The notes under the pieces: model-generated | What the model saw: only the letters and a program-made list of their open reading frames with translations | Told to the model about the DNA's origin: nothing | The model's database searches: none | Program-made: the position numbers and the translations under genes | Origin: Vicinamibacteria bacterium | GTDB taxonomy: Bacteria > Acidobacteriota > Vicinamibacteria > Marinacidobacterales > Marinacidobacteraceae | Assembly: GCA_964291235.2 (NCBI GenBank) | Contig: OZ219816.1 | Span: forward strand, 224,001 to 288,000 | DNA length: 64,000 nucleotides | Direction: 5' to 3' | Shown: positions 39,217 to 47,807 of the stretch, piece after piece | How the letters are laid out: each line of letters starts with the position of its first letter | Numbering within the stretch: the first letter of the stretch is position 1

Positions 39217-41274
39217 CTACTGCGGTTCGCCCAGGTTCACCGGCTCCGGGTCCACCAGCTTCACGGCCCAGAGGCCCGAGTGGTGGTCGGCGACGAAGAT
39301 GTGGTCCTTGTAGGGCTGCGGCCCCCAGACCATCGCGGCGTTCGGGATGAAGCTCTCCGGATCCTGCGGCCAGAAGACCGCGATCTCACGCCCCTGCCGG
39401 TAGAGGTCGCCCCGCATTTCGCCGGAAATGTCCACCACCCGCAGGCCGCCGTTGTAATAGCCGATGTAGAGGATGTCGTCCTCCACCCACAGGTTGTGGG
39501 TCCCCGCCTCCGGCACCTGGTAGCGCGCCACCTCGCGGGGCTCTTCCCACTCGTCCCACTCGTAGATGTGGATCCAGCCGGCGGCCCGGTCGGGGGTGTT
39601 CGACTCTCCGATCGTCTGGTAGGGGAACGCCTCGTCGCCGCCGATCATCAGGAACTTTCCGGTGGACTGGCTCCGGTAGGGATAGGCCGCGTGGTTCCAA
39701 CCGCTGGGATAACGGGTCCGCCCCAACTCGACGGGGTTGTTGGGAGCGCCGCCCTGGCCGCCGCCGCCCACGTCCACCGCGACGATCCCGTCGTCCCAGT
39801 TGGACGAATACGCGATCCCGTCCACCACCCAGACGTCATGGATGGAGTGGCCCGGGGTGTCCAGTTCGAAGCGGCCGACCCGGTAGGGGTTCTCCGGATC
39901 CTCGGCGTTCAGGATGTCGAAGCGGCGTCCCGCCGAGAGCGCGTAGATGTGGTCCTCGGCGATGAAGACGTTGTGGACGCCGCCGGTGAGCTGGTCGTCG
40001 TAGCGGGCGATCACCTGCACTCCGCTCTGCGGATCGCTCACGTCCAGGATCACCAGACCGTTCTTCCGGTTCGAGGCGCCCTCCCGGCTGATCACGCAGA
40101 ACTTGCCGTCTTCCGAGACCTTCACGTCGTTGACGGTCCGGGCGTCCACCCGCACCGTATCGATGAGAGCCATCGCCGCCGGATCGGTGACGTCCCAGAA
40201 GTAGGCGTGGCCGTCGGCGCCCCAGGTGCCGGTCACCGCGTAGTCCCGGCCGTCGTTGCCCTCCCAGACCCAGAGGTCCGAGGTGTACCGGTCCCGGACC
40301 GGCGCCTGCCCCACGATCTCGACGTCCTTCCGCACCTTCCGCGACACCACCGCCACGGTGGCGCTCGCCGACGTGGTGAAACCGTCGGCGATGACGGTGT
40401 GCGTTCCCGAACGCTCGGCGACGAAGGCGCCGTCCGCATCCACCTGGCCGATGGCGCCGGGCGCCACGATCCCGTCCGCCGGAATGCCGAGGGTCGCGAA
40501 CTGGATCGGGTAGTCCGGCACCGCGTTTCCGGAGGCGTCGGTGGCCTCCGCCTCGAAAAACACCACGTCGCCGGTGCGCACGGACTCGTCCGGCGCCCCG
40601 TTCAGCATGATCGAGGCGACCGGGTTGGCCAATACCTCGATGGAGACGTCGCTCGACGCCTCTTCCGCCGAGACGGTCAGGGTCGTCCGGCCGGCGCTCG
40701 TCAGGACCAGCACTCCGAGTTCGTCCACGCTCGCCACCGACGAATCAGCGGTGCTCCAGCCTATTTCCACGTCGCTCCGGGCAGCGCCCGACGTGTCCGT
40801 AACCGCCGTCCGGAGTCCGATCTCGGTCCCCGCGTAGAGATGGCCGGGAAGGTTCGTGACCTCGACCGACGCGACCGGCGGGTTCGGGATGGTGACCGGA
40901 ATCTCGACCATGACCGCGGGTTCGGCGCGGCGGTCGGTGTGCTCCGGATTCCGGGGCACCATGGCGATCAGGGTGTGTTCCCCCGGCCCGAACGCCTCCA
41001 CCATGCCGGCGGGGTTCACACCCACCGAGCGCCGCTGGCGCGAGAAGAACACCACCGTGCGTTCCATCGCGTTGCCGTCGGCGTCGCGCACCTCGGCCTC
41101 GAGAGTGGCGGTCGCCCCCACCTCGAGCGTCAGTTCACTCGGGGTGATGACGAGTTCGGTGGGTTCAGGGCCGCTGGCTTCCTCCGCTTCCTCCTGCGCA
41201 AACGCGGGAAAGGCGAGGAGCAGCAGCGCCGCGGCGGCGACGGAGGTGAGATGAAAGCGGGAATTTCGGGTCAT
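39217..41274 (-). CDS. Secreted Ig-like + LVIVD-repeat beta-propeller protein, paralogue 1
   Basis: Signal peptide, Big_2-like WS.ADSSVASV, LVILDVSDP, GLRVVDIS, GLWAV. Confidence 0.88.
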   Translation of the reverse strand: MTRNSRFHLTSVAAAALLLLAFPAFAQEEAEEASGPEPTELVITPSELTLEVGATATLEAEVRDADGNAMERTVVFFSRQRRSVGVNPAGMVEAFGPGEHTLIAMVPRNPEHTDRRAEPAVMVEIPVTIPNPPVASVEVTNLPGHLYAGTEIGLRTAVTDTSGAARSDVEIGWSTADSSVASVDELGVLVLTSAGRTTLTVSAEEASSDVSIEVLANPVASIMLNGAPDESVRTGDVVFFEAEATDASGNAVPDYPIQFATLGIPADGIVAPGAIGQVDADGAFVAERSGTHTVIADGFTTSASATVAVVSRKVRKDVEIVGQAPVRDRYTSDLWVWEGNDGRDYAVTGTWGADGHAYFWDVTDPAAMALIDTVRVDARTVNDVKVSEDGKFCVISREGASNRKNGLVILDVSDPQSGVQVIARYDDQLTGGVHNVFIAEDHIYALSAGRRFDILNAEDPENPYRVGRFELDTPGHSIHDVWVVDGIAYSSNWDDGIVAVDVGGGGQGGAPNNPVELGRTRYPSGWNHAAYPYRSQSTGKFLMIGGDEAFPYQTIGESNTPDRAAGWIHIYEWDEWEEPREVARYQVPEAGTHNLWVEDDILYIGYYNGGLRVVDISGEMRGDLYRQGREIAVFWPQDPESFIPNAAMVWGPQPYKDHIFVADHHSGLWAVKLVDPEPVNLGEPQ

Positions 41275-41449
41275 GGTTACGCGGTCCCTCTGTGCACGGG
41301 AATATACGCCCGCCCACGATCGGGGCCATCTCCGCCTCGACTTTTCCACACCGGCGCCCACAGTGAGAAGGAACGAGCCGGAATTCCGTCTATGGGATAA
41401 GCGGGAGACGCCCTCGGTCTTCCGTACGACGCATTCCCCGGAGGAGTTC

Positions 41450-41956
41450 ATGATGCCCCAATCTGCGCAAACACACGATCCCGAACGGAAGCGGTCTCAG
41501 CCGGCAGCGGACCGGCCGCCTTCCGGTCCGGACAGCGCACCGTCCGCACCGGCCGAGGAAGGCGGTCTCTTCCGCGTACTCGTTGAGAGCGGCTGCGATC
41601 CCAACGTCTCTTATACTCTTGAAAAGAGGATACAAACCATGACTTCGCAGGTCGTTGACGACCGCCTGCAGCAGGTGCTGGCGGAACTCCGGCAGATGCG
41701 CGAGGACATGGTCGTGAAGGCGGACTTGGCCGGGTTCGCAACGAAGGCGGACCTGGCTGGGTTCGCAACGAAGGCGGACCTGGCTGCGTGCGCAACAAAG
41801 GCGGACCTGGCTGCGTGCGCAACGAAGGCGGACCTGGCTGGGTGCGCAACGAAAGCGGACCTGGCCAGCCTGGAAACGCGGATGACCCGGTGGATGTTCG
41901 GAGCGCTGATGGCGCAGGCGGCCCTCATCGTCGCCATCGTCAAACTGCTGCCCTGA
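41450..41956 (+). CDS. CCDC90/DUF1640 (Bdr-like) protein with 27-bp ATKADLAxx repeats
   Basis: KADLA repeated six times; C-terminal ETRMTRWMFG + TM; GGAGGAG RBS. Confidence 0.8.
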   Translation: MMPQSAQTHDPERKRSQPAADRPPSGPDSAPSAPAEEGGLFRVLVESGCDPNVSYTLEKRIQTMTSQVVDDRLQQVLAELRQMREDMVVKADLAGFATKADLAGFATKADLAACATKADLAACATKADLAGCATKADLASLETRMTRWMFGALMAQAALIVAIVKLLP

Positions 41957-42188
41957 CCAAGCGCTTCTCGGTAGGCGCCCAATCCGGGCAGATCATCGCT
42001 ACCTGGGGTTTCCGCCAGCCCCGACCGATGATGCCGGCCCCGATCCGGGGGTTGCCGGACTCAGCCGTCCCGACAGCGCCCGGAAGCACGCAGGCGGAGG
42101 TTCTCGTTACCCGCGTCTTCGGGCTGCCCAGCGGGGTCAAGGCGGCCGCCTCGCGGAGGGCGATTGCGGCGCGGGCTGAGTCGTCCCC

Positions 42189-44249
42189 CTACTGCGGCTC
42201 TCCCAGATTCCGCGGTTCGGCGTCCACGAGCTTCACCGCCCACAGTCCCGAGCTGTTGTCGGCGAGGAAGATGTGGCCCTTGAAGGGCTGCGGTCCCCAG
42301 ACGAACGGGGTGTTCGGTTTCACGGTTTCGGGATCGAACGGGCGGAACATCGCGATCTCGCGGCCCTGCCGGTAGAGGTCGCCCCGCAGCTCGCCGGAGA
42401 TGTCCACCACCCGCAGGCCACCGTTGTAGTAGGCGATATAGAGGACATCGTCTTCGACCCACAGGTTGTGGGTTCCCGCTTCGGGCACCTGGTAACGGGC
42501 CACTTCCCGGGGGTCGTCCCACTCGTCCCACTCGAAGATGTGGATCCAGCCGGCCGCCCGGCGCGGAGCCCGCGGGCCTTCCATCAACTGGTACGGGAAC
42601 GCCTCATCCCCGCCGATCATCAGGAACTTGCCGGTGGACTTGCTCGTGTAGGGATAGGCGGCGTGGTTCCAGCCGCTCGGATACGGCGTCTTGCCCAGCA
42701 TCACCGGGTTGTTCGGGGCGCCGCCCATGCCGCCGCCGCCCACGTCCACCGCGACGACCCCATCGTTCCAGTTGGACGAATACGCGATCCCCTCGTGGAC
42801 CCAGACGTCATGGATCGAGTGGCCGGGGGTGTCCAGCTCGAAGCGTCCCACCCGGTACGGATTCTCCGGATCCTCGGCGTTCAGGATGTCGTAGCGCCGT
42901 CCCGCCGAGAGCGCGTAGATGTGATCTTCGGCGATGAAGACGTTGTGGACGCCGCCGGTGAGCTGATCGTCGTAGCGGGCGATCACCTCGATGCCGTTTT
43001 GCAGGTCGCTGACGTCGAGGATCACCAGGCCGTTCTTCCGGTTTGAGGCGCCCTCGCGGCTGATCACGCAGAACTTCCCGTCCTCCGAGACCTTCACGTC
43101 GTTCACCGTCCGGGCGTCCACCCGCACGGTGTCGATGAGCGAGATCGCCGACGGATCGGTCACGTCCCAGAAATAGGCGTGGCCGTCGGCGCTATGGGTC
43201 CCGGTCACGGCGTAGTCCCGGCCGTCGGTGCCTTCCCACACCCAGAGGTCCGAGGTGCGCCGGTCGCGGACCGGGCCCCGTCCCACAACTTCGACATCCT
43301 TCCGCACGTTCCGGGACCGGACGGCAACGGTCGCGGTCGCCGAGTCGGTGAACCCGTCCACGATCACCGTGTGGGTTCCGGACCGCTCCGCCACGAAGGC
43401 GCCCCGGTCATCGACCTGGCCGATGGCCCCGGGCGCCACGATCCCGTCCGCCGGAACCCCGAAGGTCGCGTACTGCACCGGGTAGTCGGGAACCTCGTTG
43501 CCGGCGGCGTCGGTGACCCCGGCCTCGAAGAACACCACGTCTCCGGTCCGCACCGCGTCCTCCGGCGTCCCGTTCAGGGTGATCGAGGCGACCGGGTTCG
43601 CAAGCACCTCGATCGGCCGGCCGCTCGAGGCCTCCTCGGCAGAGACCGTGAGCGTGGTCCGTCCAGCGCTCACCAGGGTGAGCACTCCCAGGGAATCCAC
43701 GCTCGCCACCGACGGATCGGCGGAACTCCACCCCACGTCCACATCGTGCCGGACGGCGCCCGAGATGTCGGTGACCGTCGGACGCAGGCCGACCTCGGTC
43801 CCGGCGTAGAGGTGGCCCGGCAGGTTCGCGACCTCGACCGTGGCCACCGGCGGATTCGGGATCGTCACCGGGATCTCCACCGTTACCGCGGGCTCGGCCC
43901 GCCGGTGGTTGTCCTCGGGATCCTTCGGCACCATGGCAATCAGGACGTGCTCGCCGGGCCGGTAGGCCTGCACGATCCCCGCCGGGTTGACCCCCACCGC
44001 CCGGCGGCGGCGGGAGTAGAACACCACCGTCCGGTCCATGACGTTGCCGTCGGCGTCCCGGACCTCGGCTTCCAGCGTCAGGGAGTCCCCGACCTCGAGT
44101 TCGAGTTCGGACGGCGTGACGATGAGTTCGGCGGGCTGCGGACCGGCGGCTTCTTCCGCTTCCTCTTCCTGGGCGAATGCCGGGAAGGCGAGAAGGAGCA
44201 GGGCGGCTGCCGCGGCGGCAACGAGGTGGAGGCGAATGGATCGGGTCAT
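42189..44249 (-). CDS. Ig-like + LVIVD-repeat protein, paralogue 2
   Basis: Collinear with paralogue 1. Confidence 0.88.
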   Translation of the reverse strand: MTRSIRLHLVAAAAAALLLLAFPAFAQEEEAEEAAGPQPAELIVTPSELELEVGDSLTLEAEVRDADGNVMDRTVVFYSRRRRAVGVNPAGIVQAYRPGEHVLIAMVPKDPEDNHRRAEPAVTVEIPVTIPNPPVATVEVANLPGHLYAGTEVGLRPTVTDISGAVRHDVDVGWSSADPSVASVDSLGVLTLVSAGRTTLTVSAEEASSGRPIEVLANPVASITLNGTPEDAVRTGDVVFFEAGVTDAAGNEVPDYPVQYATFGVPADGIVAPGAIGQVDDRGAFVAERSGTHTVIVDGFTDSATATVAVRSRNVRKDVEVVGRGPVRDRRTSDLWVWEGTDGRDYAVTGTHSADGHAYFWDVTDPSAISLIDTVRVDARTVNDVKVSEDGKFCVISREGASNRKNGLVILDVSDLQNGIEVIARYDDQLTGGVHNVFIAEDHIYALSAGRRYDILNAEDPENPYRVGRFELDTPGHSIHDVWVHEGIAYSSNWNDGVVAVDVGGGGMGGAPNNPVMLGKTPYPSGWNHAAYPYTSKSTGKFLMIGGDEAFPYQLMEGPRAPRRAAGWIHIFEWDEWDDPREVARYQVPEAGTHNLWVEDDVLYIAYYNGGLRVVDISGELRGDLYRQGREIAMFRPFDPETVKPNTPFVWGPQPFKGHIFLADNSSGLWAVKLVDAEPRNLGEPQ

Positions 44250-44423
44250 GGTTTCGCGGTCCCTCCGGGCTGGGGAATATACGCCCACCCGCCGGGCGGC
44301 CATCTTCGCACCGACTTTTCCGCATCGGCGCCGGACGTGAGACGAAATCGGCGCGAAGTCCGTCTATGCAGGCAGGGAGGACATCCCGTCTTCCGAAGAC
44401 CGATCCCGCAAGGAGAAAACCCG

Positions 44424-44500
44424 ATGCCGCGGCCCAGCGCCTCATCCGCCCCCGAGGCGAAGCCCTCGCAGTCGACAGCAGCGGCCCCGCTTCCCCCGGT
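44424..44500 (+). pseudogene. Truncated 5' remnant of the 41450-type coiled-coil gene
   Basis: Upstream region 44250-44500 parallels 41275-41527. MPRPSASSAPEAKPSQS versus MPQSAQTHDPERKRSQP. Confidence 0.5.
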
Positions 44501-44572
44501 CAGGCGCAGGGCCATCCACCCGGGTTTCGCGCTCCCGCGCAAAGCCCGCCAGAAGCCGGGGCTTCCCCCTCC

Positions 44573-46639
44573 CTACTCGGGCTCTCCGAGGTTCACCGGC
44601 TCGGGATCCACGAGCTTGACCGCCCACAGACCCGAGTTCATGTCGCTGAGGTAGATGTGGCCCTTGTAGGGCTGCGGTCCCCAGACCATCGGCGCGTTGG
44701 GAACCCGGCTCTCCGGGTCGAAGGGACGGAACATCGCGATCTCGCGGCCCTGCCGGTAGAGATCGCCCCGCAGCTCGCCGGAGATGTCCACCACCCGCAG
44801 GCCGCCGTTGTAGTAGCCGATGTAGAGGATGTCGTCCTCGACCCAGAGATTGTGGGTTCCGGCCTCGGGTACCTGGTAGCGGGCCACCTCGCGGGCGTTT
44901 TCCCATTCGTCCCACTCGAAGATGTGGATCCAGCCCGCCGCGCGTCCCGGGGTCCGCTCCGCGCGCATGGTCTGGTGCGGGAACGCCTCGTCGCCGCCGA
45001 TCATCAGGAACTTGCCGGTGGACTGGCTCCGGTAGGGATACGCGGCGTGGTTCCAGCCGCTCGGATACGGGGTCTGGCCCAACAGCACCGGGTTGTTCGG
45101 GGCGCCGCCCTTGCCGCCGCCGCCCACGTCCACGGCCACCACCCCGTCGTTCCAGTTGGACGAGTAGGCGATGCCTTCGTGGACCCACACGTCGTGGATC
45201 GAGTGGCCGGGAGTGTCCATCTCGAAGCGTCCGACCCGGTAGGGATTCTCCGGATCCTCGGCGTTCAGGATGTCGTAGCGCCGTCCCGCCGAAAGCGCAT
45301 AGACATGGTCTTCCGCGATGAAGACGTTGTGGACCCCGCCGGTGAGCTGATCGTCGTAGCGGGCGATCACCTCAATCCCGTTCTGCGGGTCGCTGACGTC
45401 GAGGATCACCAGACCGTTCTTGCGGTTCGAGGCGCCCTCGCGGCTGATCACGCAGAACATCCCGTCCTCCGAGACCTTGACGTCGTTCACCGTCCGGGCG
45501 TCCACCCGCACGGTGTCGATCAGCGTGATCGCGGACGGGTCGGTGACGTCCCAGAAGTAAGCGTGGCCGTCGGCGCTGTGAGTGCCGGTCACGGCGTAGT
45601 CCCGGCCGTCAACGCCTTCCCAGACCCACAGGTCCGAGGTGCGGCGGTCGCGGACGGGGCCCTGACCGACGATCTGGACGTCCTTGCGGACCTTCCTGGC
45701 CACCACCGCCACCGTAGCGCTCGCCGATTCGGTGAATCCGTCGGCGATCACGGTGTGGGTGCCGGAACGCTCGGCCACGAACGCGCCCGCCTCATCCACC
45801 TGGCCGATGGCCCCGGGGGCCACGATCCCGTCGGTGGGCACTCCGAAAGTCGCGAACTGCACCGGGTAGTCCGGCACCTCGTTCCCGGAGGCGTCCGTCA
45901 CCTTGGCCTCGAAGAACACCACGTCTCCGGTCCGCACCGCGTCCTCCGGCGTCCCGCTCAGGGTGATCGACGCCACCGGGTTGGCGAGCACCTCGATCGC
46001 GGTGTCGCTCGACGCCTCCTCGGCGGAGACCGTGACGGTCGTCGCGCCTGCGCTCATCAGGGTGATCACGCCGAGCGCGTCCACGCTGGCTACCGAGGGA
46101 TCGGCGGAACTCCACCCCACTTCCACGTCGTTTCGGACGGCGCCCGAAATGTCGGTGACCAGGGAGCGCAGGCCGATTTCGGTTCCCGTGTAGAGATGGC
46201 CCGGGAGATTGGAAATTTCCACCGTCGCCACCGGAGGGTTCGGGATGGTCACCGGGATCTCCACCATGACCGCCGGCTCGGCTCGCCGGCTGGTGTCCTC
46301 GGGGTCCTTCGGCACCATGGCGATCAGGGTGTGTTCGCCGGGCCGGTAGGCCTCGACGATGCCCGCCGGGTTCACGCCCACGGAGCGCCGGCGGCGCGAA
46401 AAGAACACCACCGTGCGGTCCATCGGGTTGCCCTCGCCGTCCCGGACCTCGGACTGGAGCGTCAGCTGGTCGCCGACCTCGAGTTCGACTTCGGCAGGCG
46501 TGATGATGAGCTCGGCCGGCTGCGGACCGGCCTCCGCGTCTTCCTCTTCCTGGGCGAGCGCGAGTCCGGGGACCAGCGCGAAGGCCAGACCGAGCGCGAT
46601 CAGGAGACGCGCCCGCGGGTTCGAATTTTTCAGGGTCAT
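44573..46639 (-). CDS. Ig-like + LVIVD-repeat protein, paralogue 3
   Basis: Collinear with paralogues 1 and 2. Confidence 0.88.
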   Translation of the reverse strand: MTLKNSNPRARLLIALGLAFALVPGLALAQEEEDAEAGPQPAELIITPAEVELEVGDQLTLQSEVRDGEGNPMDRTVVFFSRRRRSVGVNPAGIVEAYRPGEHTLIAMVPKDPEDTSRRAEPAVMVEIPVTIPNPPVATVEISNLPGHLYTGTEIGLRSLVTDISGAVRNDVEVGWSSADPSVASVDALGVITLMSAGATTVTVSAEEASSDTAIEVLANPVASITLSGTPEDAVRTGDVVFFEAKVTDASGNEVPDYPVQFATFGVPTDGIVAPGAIGQVDEAGAFVAERSGTHTVIADGFTESASATVAVVARKVRKDVQIVGQGPVRDRRTSDLWVWEGVDGRDYAVTGTHSADGHAYFWDVTDPSAITLIDTVRVDARTVNDVKVSEDGMFCVISREGASNRKNGLVILDVSDPQNGIEVIARYDDQLTGGVHNVFIAEDHVYALSAGRRYDILNAEDPENPYRVGRFEMDTPGHSIHDVWVHEGIAYSSNWNDGVVAVDVGGGGKGGAPNNPVLLGQTPYPSGWNHAAYPYRSQSTGKFLMIGGDEAFPHQTMRAERTPGRAAGWIHIFEWDEWENAREVARYQVPEAGTHNLWVEDDILYIGYYNGGLRVVDISGELRGDLYRQGREIAMFRPFDPESRVPNAPMVWGPQPYKGHIYLSDMNSGLWAVKLVDPEPVNLGEPE

Positions 46640-46662
46640 GTTCCCTCCCTGACCGGCGAAGC

Positions 46663-47796
46663 TCACGGCTCGCCCTTCCAGTAAATGATGCCGCCGGCCT
46701 GCTTGCCGACGTCGATCTCGGAGACGCGCTGGGCGGCGGCGATGTCATAGACCTCGACCGTGCCCGGCTCGCCGCCCACGCCTTCCAGAGTGACGATCGC
46801 GTAACGGTCGTCGTCGGACACCACCACACCGTGGGGTACCCGCCGGGTGGTTTCCGGGGCGGCGATCAGCTCGCCGCTCTCCAGGTCCCAGAATCCGACC
46901 TTCTTGCCGGACTTGTAGGTGGCGACCAGCACGCCGCCGTCCGAAGTGATCTCCAGGTTGTAGGGGTTCTGGCCGGGTCCGGCGTCGAACCGCCGGGAGA
47001 CCTCCCACGCCTCGAGATCCACCTCGTAGATGGCGCTGTCGCCGTTCCCGGCCACGTACACCTTCCCGGCGGGCGACGGCTTGGTCGCCCAGGTCGGCTT
47101 GACCACCGGCGCCCGCATTTCGTCCATATTGGCCATGTCGCCATGGTCCATACCGGCGTGGGGGTCGGTCCCGAGATAGAGCCGCCGCGCGATTTCGAAG
47201 CGCATGGCGTCCACCTCGACCAGCTCGTCATCCATCATGTTCACCGAGTAGAGCCGGTCGCCCTTGGCGTTCATCCGCGCTCCGTGCGGCATGACGCCGG
47301 TGTCGATGGTGGCCACCTCGATCATGGTGCCGGTCTCCACCACCGAGATGGTGCTCGGGACGTGGTCGCCGTGGAGGTTGAAGTTCACGACGTAGAGCAG
47401 CCCGGTGCTCGGCGAGATGTCCATGGTGGCCGGAAACATGCCTAGAGTGGCGTCCCCGAGCCATTCGTTGGTTCCGGTCTCGTACTTGTGCACCGCGCCG
47501 AAGGGCATGCCGTGGGCGATGGACAAGAACCAGTAGCGGCCGTCGGACGAGATATTGATCCCGTGCGGGCCCTCGGTTTCCGTCGGGAAGCTGCCCACCG
47601 CGATCTCATCGATCTCCTCGAACCCGCTCGGTCCGTAGCGGAGCAGGTGGACGGTGTCGTCCGACTCCGCACAGACATAGACAAAGTAGTTGCGTCTCGG
47701 CGGCTCCGGGTCCTCGGCGGCGGCCGCGAGGGGCAGCAGGCCGAGAATCAGCGCCAGGGCGGCTGCGAAGCGGAGTCGGGAGGGGCTGGATGTCAG
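46663..47796 (-). CDS. YncE/YVTN-type beta-propeller protein, secreted
   Basis: EGPHG, VMPHG and RVPHG blades; signal peptide. Apparent CTG start 7 nt after GAGGAG. Confidence 0.8.
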   Translation of the reverse strand: MTSSPSRLRFAAALALILGLLPLAAAAEDPEPPRRNYFVYVCAESDDTVHLLRYGPSGFEEIDEIAVGSFPTETEGPHGINISSDGRYWFLSIAHGMPFGAVHKYETGTNEWLGDATLGMFPATMDISPSTGLLYVVNFNLHGDHVPSTISVVETGTMIEVATIDTGVMPHGARMNAKGDRLYSVNMMDDELVEVDAMRFEIARRLYLGTDPHAGMDHGDMANMDEMRAPVVKPTWATKPSPAGKVYVAGNGDSAIYEVDLEAWEVSRRFDAGPGQNPYNLEITSDGGVLVATYKSGKKVGFWDLESGELIAAPETTRRVPHGVVVSDDDRYAIVTLEGVGGEPGTVEVYDIAAAQRVSEIDVGKQAGGIIYWKGEP

Positions 47797-47807
47797 CTGG
47801 GTTCTCC

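Noticed and set aside
19169-46684. Very long antisense ORFs (19169-21658, 39280-41400, 44177-46684 and others)
   Set aside because: These are typical high-GC shadow ORFs opposite well-supported genes.
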